64,000 nt of DNA from Schmidtea polychroa (GCA_044892525.1 CM097885.1:236656001-236720000); one strand, 5' to 3'; positions 48,501-64,000 are shown, counted from the first letter of the stretch. Notes: generated by a model not told the origin, from the sequence alone. Made by a program: numbers and translations.

Positions 48501-50577
48501 AGGGTATTCGTTCAAAATATTATAAATGTAAAGACACTGAAAAAGTATCAGATGCACAAAGCGTACCATTTCTGAATAAATAAAAATTTGAAGGAGAAAA
48601 GAAAAAACGCTTCCTGTAGTTTGAATCAAAGATTTACACTTTTTAGATGACTCTACACTACTGAAGTTGAATAATGAGGATAACATATTTGCATTACATT
48701 TGGAGTATTTTTTTATTTTATTGTTTATAAGTTATTGTTATTATTATTATTATTTAAATGCTCCATTTTGTCCTATATTAAATTGTAATCCATTTTTTTC
48801 TTTTTATGTCATTGTTTTAATTCTCAAATTTTAAATTTTCAAATAAAATATTAAATACAAATCTTTCTGTGATTGTATAACATTAAAAAATTTATTTTTA
48901 TTTTTTAAAATTATTTTGTTAATGTATTTTTGAAACAAAAGTTCCAATATAAAGAATTTCAATAATTAATGCAAAGAATTATTTGTAATTACGTAATCGC
49001 TTAATTTTTTCAAATTCATAAAAATTATAAAATTAAATTTTGGTATTCATAATTTGAAAAAATAATTTTTAAAAATTGCAAAATAAATTAAATCATCTTT
49101 AAGTGTTTTTTCTATAAATATTTTATGGTTTTTATAATTCGAAACAATAAATTAGAAATTTGTATTTAAAATTTTATTTATAATAATTTATTTTTATAGA
49201 TGAATTTATGATAATGTATTGTATTTCTTTTAATAAATGAATTTTGAAGGGAAATGTAGGTTATTTTTAACCAAATATTACTTATAAAATTAACAACAAT
49301 ATATTTATAAATTATTATTATTGTATCAAAAATATATAATATGAAAATACTCTTCATTTCCCCATTTTTTACGACTTACTAGTTTTCAGTTATTTTATGG
49401 TCATTTTGCATAACAAGTCAATATGAAACTTTATAGTCTGACAATTATTTTCATAAAGATTTCAGTTGCATTTAATAAAACAAATATAAACAAACACAAA
49501 AAATAATATAATTAATTAAACTGGCTATATATCTAAGCGTGAATTGAAACAATTGAAATAAATAATTAATGCATATAATCAATTATTTTGATAAAGATTA
49601 AAAAAAATAATTATTTTTCATAGCGGTGCGATGCATTTTTCATTCTATCTAAATGTTTGAGAATTATTTGACAAAATTACGAAAGACATATTTACACAAA
49701 GTGCAGCTGGTGTAATAAAACTAAAGCTACTTTAATTTATATTTCTTTGTTTAATTGAATAATTCATTTTGAAACGGCTGCATAGTTTTCAAATTAAAAC
49801 TTTGTCGGCATTCTTTCATGTAGGATTATATGTTAATTTATTATATACTGACTTGTTGAAATTAATTTTATTTCTTCATTTTAATTTACTTAAAGTTCAA
49901 TGAAACATTTATTTATATTTTATCATTTGAAATAAAATTAATTTTTCTAAAGTTTCATTGAAATTAGCAGAAATAAATCAGTGATGGATTTAAAATTAAT
50001 AAGACCCCGAGGCCCATCTTTGATGTAAAGTTTACATTTGAGTCTATTTTGTGTACCTTCATAAAAAATATATAATAAAATATAAGTTTTCAATTAGCTC
50101 AAGCATTACTGGGAAACATTTTCATAACCTTGAACTATTTCTGACAATAAAACATAAGCAAACTAAAATATTTTCTATTATCTTATAAAATTTCCCAAAA
50201 TACAAAATTCTTATTTTAAATGAAAATTAAAAAAGAATTCTAGATTCACCAGATAAACTTCTTTGCTCAGTATATGGAAGAACTTTATTGAAGGTCCATA
50301 TGTAATCCATATGTAATATCATTCCAACTATATATTCATTTGTTATTTCTGCCACTTTGAATGTCATCTTAATCATCTTAATTTACAACGAAATTTATAA
50401 TTTTTAATATCAGATTAATTACAATGAAAATTGATATGTGAAATGAAACGAATAAAATTAACAGAAACAATTTGGTAAATTTGGTTAAAAAACAGTAAAT
50501 TGTACAATATATGTCCAATAGGTACATTTATTACTTAACTAAACTTTTGTTATTTGTTACAGATTGTCAAAAATTCT

Positions 50578-50578
50578 A

Positions 50579-50640
<62 letters not shown>

Positions 50641-50641
50641 T

Positions 50642-50685
<44 letters not shown>

Positions 50686-50709
50686 TAATAATAATAATAA
50701 AAATAATAA

Positions 50710-50740
<31 letters not shown>

Positions 50741-50766
50741 AATAATGATAATAATAAAAATAATAA

Positions 50767-50853
<87 letters not shown>

Positions 50854-50870
50854 TAATAATAATAATAATA
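50578..50870. repeat. Imperfect (AAT)n microsatellite
   Basis: Direct reading. Confidence 0.95.
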
Positions 50871-52739
50871 CATATTTTGGTTATTATACAATTATTTAAT
50901 TGAAATAATGAAAGAAAATTTACTAAGAAATGACAAAAATAAATAATTGTGTAATTGTTAAATATTATATAATAAAATTAAATAAATTATACATAATTTA
51001 ATTTAGTTTATTATTTTTATAAAAGTGGCTACATTTCAGGAATAATATAAAGATTGTTAAATGGCAACGAATTGGAAATAATTTTGTTTGAACGATAATA
51101 AAATAGTTTACTAATTATTTTTTTTTATTTACTATTTATTTTACTATTTATTTACTATTTACTTATACTATTCGGAACGTTATTTTTATTTGATTCAAAA
51201 TTAAAACTTTATAAGTAATATCTCAAATGTATTTTCATTAAATATCATAAATGTCTTTCTTTAGAAATTAAAAAATGCTAGAAGATTTTGAAATAAATAT
51301 TAACGTTCAATTAAAAATAACTCATGAGAATTTTGGAATTAAATATAATAAAATTATTTAATTCGATCTCATATTAATTTTATATTCTACAATAAAATTC
51401 TACATTTACATTGTAAATTAATATTAAATTTAATGAAAAATTTGTTATTATTTTAATAAATATTTACCAACGACTTTTCTCTTACTTATCCGTTTGTTCG
51501 TATGTACAAATCTCACAAAAACAGTTTCAAGTTTCAAGTTACTATTAATATAATAATATTTCTCTTAATACACGATGAAAAAATAGAGAAATTTTAGGAG
51601 AACGACTTTTTTTGAAACAATCATATCAAAATGAAAGTTTTTAAATTTTTAACATAATTTATGTTTATTTGATTATTTTAATTATAATTTGGATATTTAA
51701 TTTAATTAGAAATTTAAGATATAATTAAATCAATTTTTAACAATAATTATGATAATTATAATAATAATAATAATTATTATTATTGTAATTATTATAATAA
51801 TCTAATTGAAACAAAATTCTATTGTTTAAAACAACGAAAATGATTTGTGTTGGTTACGTTTCAGTTTATCCAAAAATAGAATTTTCTCTGAAATTTAATC
51901 AGTTGGTTTTGTTTTAAATGATGTGAGGAAAGTAGCACAATAAATGTCATTTTTGTAACCATTATTTTGAGACTTAATATCTCAATGCATAATTTTTTTC
52001 TACATTAAATTTTCGTTGGAACTTATTTAGCTTAAAATTATTTTAATGATAATTACTGAATGTTCATGTTTAAACAAATCGCAATAATATTATTCTACTT
52101 TTAAAAGATTTTAGAAAGATTATTTTCGAAAATAATAATTCAGCATTTGCAAACATTAAAATGCAAAAAATATATATTTTTGAAATATAAAATAATACTT
52201 TTCATTTTTTTTATATATTACTGATATAGAAATCACCACAACAAAATTCACTCAGCCATCACAAAAACCATCGTGCGCAAAACTCCAAATCAAAATGTTA
52301 GTTCATGCATGGAATTGAAATTGCCGAAAATTACAAATGTATTTTGACTTATTTCTTAATGCAATATTCTTTTGTTTTGTGTTAGTACCCTATTTCCACA
52401 ACATTCTCACAATTAGAATTTTATTTTATCTATTGCCTGTTTTGGCCCAAAATTTATAAAAAACTGCGTTTTTTTTGTTTTCAGAGTAAACATCGTTCAA
52501 TTTGTTTGACTAGTACTGATTTTTTTACTGAAGCACCGTGGTGCGACCATGTGGAGTGGGTAACGCAAGAAGGCTAGTGGGTTGAGTCATTAGACGGTTC
52601 TATTAAAATCTATCGAAAGTCTCTACAAGGACTGGAGGTGTCATTGCGGTGCATGATTTATATAGTATGCCACTAGTTAGTGACATCCTTCATCATTTGA
52701 CCGAAGCGAAACACTTTTCCACTAATGATCTTGTCAAGA

Positions 52740-53790
52740 CATACCATTAAAAGTATCCGACCTAGGGGAAAAGGCCTAATTGACCTTAATTGGTCTGTTT
52801 GAATATGTGTATATGCTATTTGATCTCCAAAAATCACCACCGACTTTTCAAAGATACATTGATTCACATAAAATTTATTTCGAAAAGACTTTAAAAACGA
52901 TTAGTCAAAATAATCTTAAAAATAAGCATCGACAAATGTATTTTTTCGGACACTCGATTTCCGAAAATGGAAACACCATATTACAAACACCATAATGGGA
53001 CAAAGTTCGAGAAAAATTATTCAAAGCATAATAAAGCTCAAACCGAATTCCATGTATGAAAAAGGAGTTGAAAGCCCATTTGCATGTGAGTTGACAAATT
53101 TGTAGGAATATGGAAGATTAATTTGCTCTTATGAAAAGAAGAATTTATTAATTCATCTTTCTTTGATTTTATACATTCATAAAACCTTTGAAAGGTTTTA
53201 CACATTTGATCTGCATTGTTGCTAAGATTTCATGAGCTGGTTGAATCATATAAGATTTGTATGGATTTCGAAAGGACAGTCTTACGACTCACCCCAGCTA
53301 ACCTAACCATATTACACAACTATCTCTAAATGGGGTGTTTTATAACGATTTAGCAACTTTATCACTATAGGGAACTTTTTAAAAATCTATCAAGTAAGAA
53401 GGAACTATTAACAATTATGCAGATTTACAAATAATTTTTACCGTTGGACCCGAATCGGATATAAATGGAAACCTATATTATAACGAACTTCTGAATTTCC
53501 TGGTTTCCTGGTTGATTGGATTTTATAAAAGAAGAAAACATCTTGGAGTTATTAGTTACTATTATTTAGTAAAAAGTAAAGGGTACCAAAAGTGCGCCAG
53601 ATAGGACATTATTAGCTTTGTTATGTCCAAATTCATTGACAGAAATGGGTATCCTACTAACATTGCAAGTAACTGTAGGAAGTGAATTACATAGTTTTCA
53701 ATGTTCACATTAATAAAATGTATTTAGGATCACCAATGTCTCAAACAAGGTTTACTAGTCTAGGGATACTGTCCATAGAAAATAACATTA
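52740..53790 (+). pseudogene. Highly degenerate Gypsy pol fragments
   Basis: GLFEYVYMLF...PTFQRYID...QNNLK...FFGHSISENG resembles the RT at 20.9-21.2 kb. The downstream part is only weakly recognisable. Confidence 0.5.
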
Positions 53791-54505
53791 GTGAAAATAT
53801 TGAATTTTGATGGTAAATGGAGAGTCAGAATGCGGGAAAATACGAAAAGTTTAATTTTGTTAATTATTCTTTTTTTCCTTGTTGATAGTTTCATTTGAAG
53901 TAACTAAATTTATTTTTATTATTAGTAACCTTTTCGGAATGATTTCTATATTTTATGAGAACAACTCAACTTTTATGCTAATAAAACTTAAAGCTGCTCT
54001 TTTACTTTTTACAGATTTACATCTTTTATTGTATACAGAACGTTTACAAAGAAAGGTAAAAATTTTGCCCAAGTTGTCATCATTGCCTTGCTGTCTTTAC
54101 TTTTGACCTTTGGTCATAAAACATATAACTGATAATTTTCATATGAAATGAACCCTTGTTTTGTAGTAATAATATGAAAAAATAAAAAATTAGACGGGGG
54201 ATAAGTTTACACGATAAAAACCTTTTATCTAAGGTTCAATAGTCAGTTGACCTTTGACATTTTCAACATGTGATTTTACTTCATCATAAAATAAGTAGAC
54301 TTTGTCATCTGAAAAACCGCTGAATTTCGTAATTATATTTTAATACCTTGGGGTTTAATATCCTATTCCATTTATTAAGAACGCAAATCCGGGGTTGAAC
54401 TGAATTTCAAGGAATCAATAAATGATTTACTATCCCTCAGCAACAGGGCTGGTATAATTTGAATGCCTGGGCTGGATTTTCTTTCCAGTCAGTCACTGGG
54501 TATAG

Positions 54506-54761
54506 CAGTGTTTCCTATGGTGGTGCGTACGCCTCAGAGATGGGGCACCACGCTTCAGAGGTGGGAAATTATCAGAAATTATCAACTATTCTACATATAT
54601 ATTTTTAATATAATATCCTCATTCACGACTGAATATAACAACGTGCATACAGTAATTTCACCGACCGTTATTTTTGCAAACTAACCATAATGATTATCTA
54701 AGTTTTACAGCTACTTCAAAGGCCTGGTGGGGCATGGTATAAAAAAGGTCGGGAAACACTG
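54506..54761. mobile_element. hAT (Charlie-type) MITE
   Basis: cagtgtttcc ... ggaaacactg; imperfect TSD gggtatag/ggctacag. Confidence 0.7.
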
Positions 54762-55123
54762 GGCTACAGTCATAATTTTATTATTCACTCCGAATTTGAG
54801 TTCAAGTTAATATTAGTATTCGAAGTGGCTTAGAACGTCATGCTAAAAATGGTAGTATTTGATTAGTCTTTAATATACGAAATTGCACTTGAATGGTTTT
54901 TACTTTTTATTATTCTTGTACTCTATGTAGAATTATTGCAATAGAAATAGAAATATTAATTTATTTGACTTGGTCGAAAGGACCCAAAACCTTTTAGAGA
55001 ATAATTTTAGTATATAATATTGAAAAACAAAAGATCTGTTACAAATTTCTACCTATTCTGAAAAATTTCAAGTGCCTAGGAATACACATTTGAAAAATTT
55101 ATTAGAAAAATAAATATTATATT

Positions 55124-55525
55124 TTATTTTAATTTTTATGAATTTTAATAATTAAAATAATTTAAAAATTCAAATAAATTCGAAAATGTTTAAAAATCAA
55201 TAATAAAATTGGCGGTCAATTAATTATTTATTTTTTTTATTAAAAATTAAATGTTGAAAAACAAACATTAAAATAATTATCTTTATTAATATCCGCATAA
55301 AATTTGAAACCTATTAAATGATAACTTATTTTAATTTTTTTGAATTTTAATAATTTAAATAATTTAAAAATTCAAATAAATTCGAAAATGTTTAAAAATC
55401 AATAATAAAATTGGCGGTTAATTAATTTATTTTTTTTATTAAAAATTAAATGTTGAAAAACAAACATTAAAACAATTATCTTTATTAATATCCGCAAAAA
55501 ATAAGAAACCTATTAAATGATAACT
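55124..55525 (+). repeat. Tandem duplication, ~200-bp unit x2
   Basis: ttattttaattt...ttcgaaaatgtttaaaaatcaataataaaattggcggt...atccgca...gaaacctattaaatgataac occurs twice. Confidence 0.9.
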
Positions 55526-58500
55526 ATCTTCTATTAATTAATGGATGATAAAGTCGGGTCTTTTGATAGAAATAATTGCCCTATTACCGGACCAGACATT
55601 TAATCATAATAAAAAAAATTATACTACTTATTATTATAAATAAATGAAAAATATTGTATTTATTTAACTTTGTTTACTTATAAAGAATAAATAATAAGAA
55701 AGAAATTATGAATAAACAAAAACGATTTTTTAATATAATTTAAAATAAAAAATAATTGAAGAAATTTATGAAAAAATTAATTTTGTATGAATGAATTAAA
55801 TTGGAAAAATTATAAAAAATAATAAAATTTATTTATTTATTTATTTATTCAGTTAAATAAAAATCTTAAAACAAAATGAAAACAAATTTTAATATCTGAA
55901 ACAAATACGTCACTAATTATTTTTCTAAAAACTTTCCAAAAAATGCGCGAATTCGTCATTCTCTTTTGTCCTTGTTTGAAACGGTTTCAATAAAATGATG
56001 ATGTCAACGATTGGCTGAATTATCTATTCACAATTGAAACAAATTATTACTCAGTCTGCTTTGAAAACTCGGTGAGTTGAAAACGAAATCTTTAAAATTA
56101 ACAAGAGTCTTAGAAAATTACTTAAATTCTTCAAAAAAAAAATAAAAAAGTCATATTGATGCGGAATGAATGTTTTTTGCCGATAACACATGACAACATA
56201 TTGCAAATCATAGAGAAAATTTATGAATAATCTGAAAATATTTCTCACTCAACAGGCCGTATTAGTATTTAATAATTTATGCTGATAAAATCATTCTCTA
56301 TTAATAAAAGAAATTTATAAAATAATTATTTTATTCAGCATAAAAATGAAAGCGGTAAGTTGAAAAGAAAACAAAATGTTGGAATTATTTTGATTAATTT
56401 GCAACATATTTGTTTAAAACAAATCACAGTTTTACATTTAGAGTTGTTAAATAATTTTTATTTTCTTAATTTTTTGAGTGAAATATTTTATTTGTTTAAG
56501 ATTGATTAATATAACAGTTTTGAAATCCGAAACTCATACATTTGCGATTGAACAATTAAAAAAACCTGGAACCTTAATTGAAGCTCATTGACACATTTTC
56601 ACACGATCAAGAAACTGTGAAATCTTTTTTGAACAATCTCTGAAACTCTTTAGTTGTTTTTTCTAAATTGTAAATGATTATTTAGTCTTTTGAACTCGAG
56701 TGTTTCCTTGTGACCATATAAAACATATGCAAATGTGACTCCTGATAAACAAAGTGCTGTTTAATTTTGTAATAATAATATTCAGCAAATAATATAACAT
56801 AAATTTGTCAAGTGTCTAATTGACCAACTGACAGAAAATCTACGTTGTAGTTTTTAAAATTAACGTTACCTTGTTTTATTCCATTTTAAAATTTATTAAC
56901 ATTATCCAAATAAATGTTGTTTAAATTAACTTTTAAGAATTAATGACTATAAATAATTTTTTAATTTATCAATTAATTATTTAAATTTTTTTTGTTTTAA
57001 CCTTATTATTTTTTCATTTTATCAATATAATAATATACAATAGAAGTGATTTTTGGCAAATTTTCTCTATATTTTGTCTATTATTTGTGAATGCAAATGT
57101 GTTAGTCATCCTATAGCTTTTGTTTCATAGCCTTCAATAAAAGGGCGTACTTACTTTATTCTGTCGGCTTAGAGACAGACTTCTTGCACTGCCTCGAGTT
57201 TTCTTTTAAAATCTTCCTATATTTTAAAGGATTTTGAAAATTTGCCTAACAACAGGTATTTCAAAGATAAACTTCTGAAAAATGCAGTGAGAAATATTGT
57301 AAATAATATTAGTCTTGATTAATATTGTTATTTTAGTTTTTTACTTTTGAGTTTTATCAAATTTATATTGGTTTTACAGAAAAAAACCAACACTGGAAAA
57401 TTTCTTTAAAACGTGTTAAGCACATTCTATACGAAACAATTTGTTGAAGTCCTTATGAAGGGTCGAATTATCATGGCCGTTTCGGGGGAGGTGCCCAATT
57501 TAATTGATGTTTTTTTGTGAAGATTAAAAATAAACTTAAGTTAAAAAAATTAATATTTTTCGGGTGAAAGAAACATGAGCTATTAGAAATTGAAAAGTTA
57601 AACACGAATATAATAATTTCAAATCAATGGTAGGTCAATGTTTAAAAAATAAAAATTAATTAAGAAATTGAACTTAGAACTTGACCGGTTGTAGTCATGT
57701 ATATACAGTTTAAAACGAAAATAATTACACTATTTTTAGTCCAGTGGCAGAACGGAGGTAAATTAGATTAAAATTTTCGTTTTCTAGATTATTATATTTT
57801 TCATATAAAAAGAAAAAAAACCTAAACAAATTGCAAAAGTGGCCGAATAATTTGAGTTGATCAAAAACAGTGCGTTATCATTGTTAGACGTTAATAAAAC
57901 ATCTTCTAGATTGTTTTTAGTTGCTAAACCTGGAGGTAAAGACATAATCCAAAAATTTATTAATATCACAATAATGTTTAATTTTTAAACAAACTCTTAC
58001 AACAGATTTTTAGCTTTTGACAAAATATTTTTCAAAAAAAATTATCAAAGAATTTAAAATTTAAATTTTTTGTGTGGTGGCCGTAGTTTGATTAACAAGA
58101 CCATTGAAATTTGCATCATAAAATGAAACTTTATAAGATTGACTCATCATTAATTCTCAAAATCAATTTGTTAAAATACTTCTAAAACAATAATTTATAT
58201 TTCGAAAAGATAAATAACCAAAAATCATAATAAACTTAGTAAAACAACCATAAAAAATTCCAATATAAAATTAAATAATAATAATTCCAAAAAAGCAAAC
58301 ACGCACACAGATACGAACTAAAAAATACAAACACAAACACAAAATAATTAATTGCATTTACCACAAAGAAATTTTCAATTGAAATCGATTGTTTTTAAAA
58401 ATAATTTTCACTCGAGTTTTATAATATTTATTTATTTTAGAATTCAATGGGGAGAATTTCCTTAATTTTTATTAAAACTGAATTTTAGAGTTTATTGAAA

Positions 58501-59282
58501 ATAGTTCAGAAAGCCTTTCTTTATATAATATTTATATCGATTTCGATAAGGCCGTCTAAGGGGTCACTACAATTTAATATTAAAAAACATTTTAAATTAT
58601 AAATCTTTAAAAAAATTATTACTAAACACTTTAAAATTACATATTTAAATACTCAAAAAATCTAACGTTTAAATATTTTTATTAAAAAATTCATTTCTGA
58701 TTTTAAGAATTTTTTAACAAAATATTCGAAATATTTAACTCTCAGCTGAAAACACATTTTAAGTGTCAAAGTGAGTATTCGACGGGCCATAAAGAAAGTA
58801 TTTAGAGAAATATTATTAAAGCGAAATCAGATTCATTAGTTAGAGGTTTCCCATAAAGTAACATGAAGAATGTCCTTAGAATCAAAATCAGAGTTGAACG
58901 TTATCATTTTTATTGAAGATTGAACAATTGTGATTATTTTGTGAAAATTAAACGTTGTTTTTAGTTTGCCATTTCAATCCTGATCGCGAGGAATCTGATG
59001 CATAATTCATTTCCTACGGAACAACTAATCATTTTTGGGATCAATGCTGTTTAATTTTATCTAGAGAATTGCTTTAGAAAATGTCAAAATAAATGTTTTT
59101 CTTGTCTTTTAAAAGAGACATTAATTTTCTTTAGCATTTATGGCTAAGAATTTATAAGTAAACTTAAATATCATGATTAGCTAGATAGAAATGTGCATAT
59201 ATATATGCTCATATTTCAGGTAGTAAAAATATAGTATAAGAATACAAAAAAAACATTGAAATTATAAAATTATTAATAATTG

Positions 59283-60869
59283 CACTAAGCCAACAAAACA
59301 TTTGTAAACTCACTGGAAGACCTCTTAACTAATTTGGTCAAGTTAATTTGAAAAATGTCATTGGACTATTTCCATCATGCCAGGTTTTTTGGTTATGACG
59401 CCATCAAATTGATTAGCCTTGTATACATGGAATTCAAATGATACACAGTTAGTAACCACCTTTAGATCCGTCATTGATTAAAAAGTTACAAATTGGTTCT
59501 CATATAACCAGCTTCTTATATATTTTATGTGAATTGTAACTGGGTACTAACTGTACCGACACTGGTAACATAGTCACATTGGAATAACACTAACCGATCG
59601 TTGCTTAGCAGAAATAGATCACTAATTACAGAGACTGCAACTGTTCATATACACATATCATTCACTTGTAAAAGCAACATACACACATATTTCGTTATTA
59701 AATCAATTTCTTTGTTTAAGTTTATGCAGTGCGTTAGTTAGGTGTGTTTTCAAAAACAAAAAAATAAGGTGTTTCAATTACACGATAACTACTCAACAAA
59801 AAGAACATGATACCTAAAATTAAACTGGCTTATCATTTGTATGTCAGATGCAAAGTATGAGATCAGGATAAGAAAATAAGTTCTATGACTTGATATACCT
59901 TCTGCTACAGAACCTGTTCCACTTGATGGATTCTTGACCATACCAAATTCACCAGCTGACCTGGACAGCCTACAGCAATTTAGTGATCATCCTAAAAGTG
60001 ATTCATCATGTTCACTAAGCTTATCATAGTCATGTTATTCAGAATTTGTTTCAAAACAACCACATTTATTACACAAAATGAATCAAATGATCTAGTTCGT
60101 TAGTTATTTTTAACTAAAAAAGCGCATAAGTCCTTGAATGATGATCAAAGTAGTGAAACTTACTAGTACAAGATAAACAAATATCTTTCTATTGAACTCA
60201 TCATTAGTATATATATATATATATACGTTCAATGCGACGTATTACTGTACAGAGATCACTGGACTAATGACGGTATTAGGATGTGAGTACTAAAGCAATG
60301 AATGGAGAGTGTTCATCGATTCCTCAAAATCCTGCCTTAAGACCATATTATGGTTCAATAGAAACACAAAACCATCGGTTCTAGCAGTGAAAGCTGTTGA
60401 AATGACAGAGACATATGAAACTGAAATTGATCAAATATGAAGAACATCGATGAAGTATTTGTAGTAATTTAAAAGTAATTGCGTTAGTTGAAATAAGCAT
60501 TACTCCTTTTTATGGTTGTGGGAGAGTCAAGACAAATGTCATTACAATAAAAACCAATGGTCACCAAGAAATGCTTACTTACCAGGCAAAGAAAGTATAA
60601 AGTTTGACACACTTGTAGAATCCACCAAATGACTATTACCTCCATTATACATAAAGCTGGGCTCAATGAAAAGCTTTGAGCGACGTCTAAATAAGGATGG
60701 AATGAGGTTTCCGTATATAAAGTTCAAAATTTACAATTTCCAAGTGTCACACTATATTTCTGACGCGATGGAGAATTGTGAATAACAATTTTCCATTCAG
60801 CGCCCTTGAAATATTTATAGAAACATAATTTTATTTGACTTACGAAGAGAATTATTTTGTTGCCTGGTG
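59283..60869 (+). mobile_element. Chapaev3-type (CMC) DNA transposon, decayed
   Basis: Ends cactaagccaacaaaa / ttttgttgcctggtg (CAC...GTG). Remnants EWRVFIDSSKSCLK, ETYE, IKYEEH and LLPPLYIKLGSMKSF. Confidence 0.75.
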
Positions 60870-61789
60870 CTATATTCTTTTGCAATATTCTTTCCAACCT
60901 AATGTATGAACCGAAAATATTTGAATTGCGCGCGAAATTTTTATTTTAAAATAAAATAAGTCAAGTTTCAAAATTCTTGGTCATAGACAATTTTTTGGCT
61001 CAGTGAAACAAAAGTTGGAGGGCGCATTAATTATAAGTAAAGTGATTCAATTTAAATAATTAAGAAATTTTTATCTATTAAAACAATTAAATATTTTGCC
61101 GAATTTGTTTATTATGATATTATGTTGCTGATTCGAATGCAGTAATTGTTTTGTTATGAAATTTTGTGGTGCTAGCTTTTTTGGTGCGGTTGACAAAATG
61201 TTTCGTTTATGGTTCAGTGATTTAATTTTGTTTAAATACTTTATTTCAAAATTTATATGGGTAAAACGCGGCTTAATTAAATATCAAAAGAAATTATTAA
61301 ATAATAAAAAATTCATATTGATTAAATTGTTTTAATTTTTATGTTAACTTAATGATAAAATTAATTTATTTAAATTTAGTGTTAAAATAATTTATATAAT
61401 TTAAGTGTAGTCAAAAAGTATTTTAATAATTTCTGGTATTTTTGACAACTAGTTGATTTTACATGCACCTTTACGTCAACTCATAAACCTATGATCGTTC
61501 CAAGACCTCCGTAGACCCTAAGCACTTTTATTTCTGGAGGACAGTGTTATTTATTTTTACTCATTTTTATAACTAGTTTTATCATTTGCAACGACAAAAA
61601 TATAATTTATGAATCTCAAAAATACTAACAAATGTTAATGTACTTTAACTTTAACCTTAACTTTTTATTAGTTACACACTCATACTTTTATTGTTATCAA
61701 CCTTTTATTTGTATTTTATTTTTAATTATTTTTAATTCAATAATTTATGTATATTATTTTTATGAGTTTAATTGGAATTGTTGTGTATA

Positions 61790-61796
61790 TATAATA

Positions 61797-61855
<59 letters not shown>

Positions 61856-61893
61856 GTAATTAATAATAAAAATGTAATAATAAATAATAATAA
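61790..61893. repeat. (AAT)n microsatellite
   Basis: Direct reading. Confidence 0.95.
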
Positions 61894-62625
61894 TTTGAAA
61901 CTAGATTTATTATATATTTTTACTATTTAAAAATTAAATCTTATAAAATCCTGCCCCCCCCCCTTTCATAAACGAATTCCAAGAGTAAAAACTTCAGAAA
62001 TGTTAAATTAATAATAATTTAAAATCCAAATATTGTGATATTTCATGATATCTGTTCTTTTTGCAAATAATTTAAAAATATATTTATTCGGATTGACTAT
62101 TTTTCTTGAAAATTTGAAAGTTTTCACTATGTGTTGCATTCGTATATTTTGTATATTTCTATTTTCTCCCACTTTGCTTAGGATATAATATAAAATGCTA
62201 TTTGTGTTTGTTTGTTAATTTTTAAGACTTTTGTTTTATTGATATTATTAAACATTTTTGTTCAAAACATTTAACCACAAAATTCCGACTTCAAGTGTTT
62301 TTATTTAAATAAACAAAATCCCAAACAATTACCAAGTTTTATTTACAAAAAATATACATATACTAGCAATAATCTATGATACTGACACATTGTTTATTTG
62401 TTTGTATTTTTTGTTTGTCTCTCATGTAAAAATAAGCATTGAATCTGCTAATTTAACTATTTTATTTCCAAATGACCACATTTAGACATTGACAACATTG
62501 GGGCCGCTTAATGAATTAAAGTTCTCATGGTTAATTATGCAATATCATTTTTTCAAAAATATTCTTTCTCACTAGTAGTAATTTTTAAAATATATTTTTA
62601 TTTCTTTAACATGAAGATTTATTAA

Positions 62626-63405
62626 CCACTTGCCGGGCGCGCGCTCAAATATGAGTGCAAAAAATGTGTACCATTTCGGGCGAGCGCTCACATGTGAGCG
62701 CAAACTCAAATAGAAAAAAATAGTGAATACAAACTCGGAAAATTAAAAAAAATATACCGTATTTCCCCTATAATAAGACCTACCTCGAAAATAAGACCTA
62801 GCATGAATTATTCGCCCACAAAAAATATAAGACCTACCCTGAAAATAAGACCTACCTTGAAAGATCTGTTTACTTATTTACATAACGAAAAAAATAGTAA
62901 TTTTAATTCAAATTAGCCATAAATATATGCTTTAAAGTGTCAAATACTGGCAAATCTGTTAGTTATTCAATCCCCAATCCAATGATCATGACCATAATTT
63001 TAAAATCACATGTGTCGGTTTTACATGGTTTTTAGGTATTTTAATACATGATCTGTTCAGATGTCTTACATACACCTCCTTCACGTGTAGTTTAGGTTCG
63101 AACATATTGAATTGCTCGGGCAATTGCATTTTAGCATATTGTTATAAATGTAAATGAGGTGGATGACATGATTATATTTGAATAAATGTCTAGTTTTTAA
63201 ACGTAATAAATTTATTTTGAAAATATGACCCGAAAATAAGCCCTAGGTAGCTTTTTTTCTGAAAATTTGAAGTAAGACAGTGTCTTATTTTCGGGGAAAT
63301 ACGGTATTTACTTTATATTTTGATTATATACTATTAATTAATGATTTAAAAAAATTAGTTTTTTTTTGACCGAAAACATGAAAAAAAAAATCGCCCGGCA
63401 AGTGG
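62626..63405. mobile_element. piggyBac-type MITE (TTAA TSD)
   Basis: TTAA|ccacttgccgggcg ... cgcccggcaagtgg|TTAA. Confidence 0.85.
62757..63304. mobile_element. Tc1/mariner (pogo-like) MITE nested in the piggyBac MITE
   Basis: TA|ccgtatttcccc...aataagac and gtcttattttcggggaaatacgg|TA; internal aaataagacc repeats. Confidence 0.85.
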
Positions 63406-64000
63406 TTAATACCGCCAAATATTTCTAGAAAATATATTGGTAATTTCTTTAACTATTTCGAAAGATTAAGTTCAAGAATTTAAATTTATTTTTGGTCTAA
63501 TCATTCGACAGTTTGTAGAGAATTGGTACAAAATATTTTCAATGTAAATGAAAATGGCGTAATTTAATTTACAATCTGAAAATTTATTACATAAGAAAAA
63601 TCGCGAGTAGAAAGAAAATTCGTACAATATTTATAGATAACAAAACGGAAATTTAAAATTAAAACTACCATAAAATATTTCAATGAAAGCATTAAATATT
63701 GCAATAATAAAATATAAAATTAATCATGTTGAATAAAACGACTTCAAATTTTTATATAGAAAAATCAAGATATCTATCGAAGAAAAAACTGGTTTATTAT
63801 AAATATTTAATTTATATAATTAAATATTTTTTAAATATATATAATTATAAGACAGAACCAATCAAACATTCTTTTCACGATTTTTCTACAGTTCTCCTGT
63901 CATCATTATATAAATTAAGGATTTTTAAACAAATTTATTTATTGTATTAATTAGTAATTATATAAAAAAGGTTTTAATGAAAACATTTAATTCTTTTAAA

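Noticed and set aside
47760..48700. Exon-like, slightly GC-richer patches that could be a host gene
   Set aside because: No consistent spliced reading frame or recognisable domain could be assembled.
50564..50899. Poly-Asn and poly-Tyr ORFs (also 61632-61859 and 7174-7365)
   Set aside because: Microsatellite artefacts.

Overview
AT-rich eukaryotic genomic DNA made almost entirely of mobile elements; no intact host gene was recognised. The 41-66 bp GT-AG introns, (AAT)n/(TA)n tracts and element mix suggest an invertebrate such as a flatworm (inference only). All family assignments are from motif recognition by eye; no searches were run. Positions 1-~7.5 kb are one end of a Polinton/Maverick (adintovirus-like endogenous DNA virus). 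Its minus-strand core block encodes major capsid, a membrane-lytic-type small protein, minor capsid, integrase with chromodomain, a basic core protein and a packaging ATPase. Next to it is an unusual accessory block: a divergent TATA-binding-protein homologue, a two-exon Bcl-2 homologue (BH1, BH2, C-terminal anchor), a possible OB-fold SSB and two small spliced genes. The integrase is split by an (ATT)n microsatellite intron. Further along are: a decayed chuvirus/gB-type (class III) glycoprotein gene followed by a retropepsin; two diverged copies of an unknown CxxC-coiled-coil module; a CsRN1-type Gypsy element whose Gag starts with a complete ubiquitin-like domain; a TRAF-like pseudogene; nested hAT elements; Penelope fragments with U3-A8 variant minimal hammerhead ribozymes; and Merlin, pogo, Chapaev3 and piggyBac-type remnants or MITEs.
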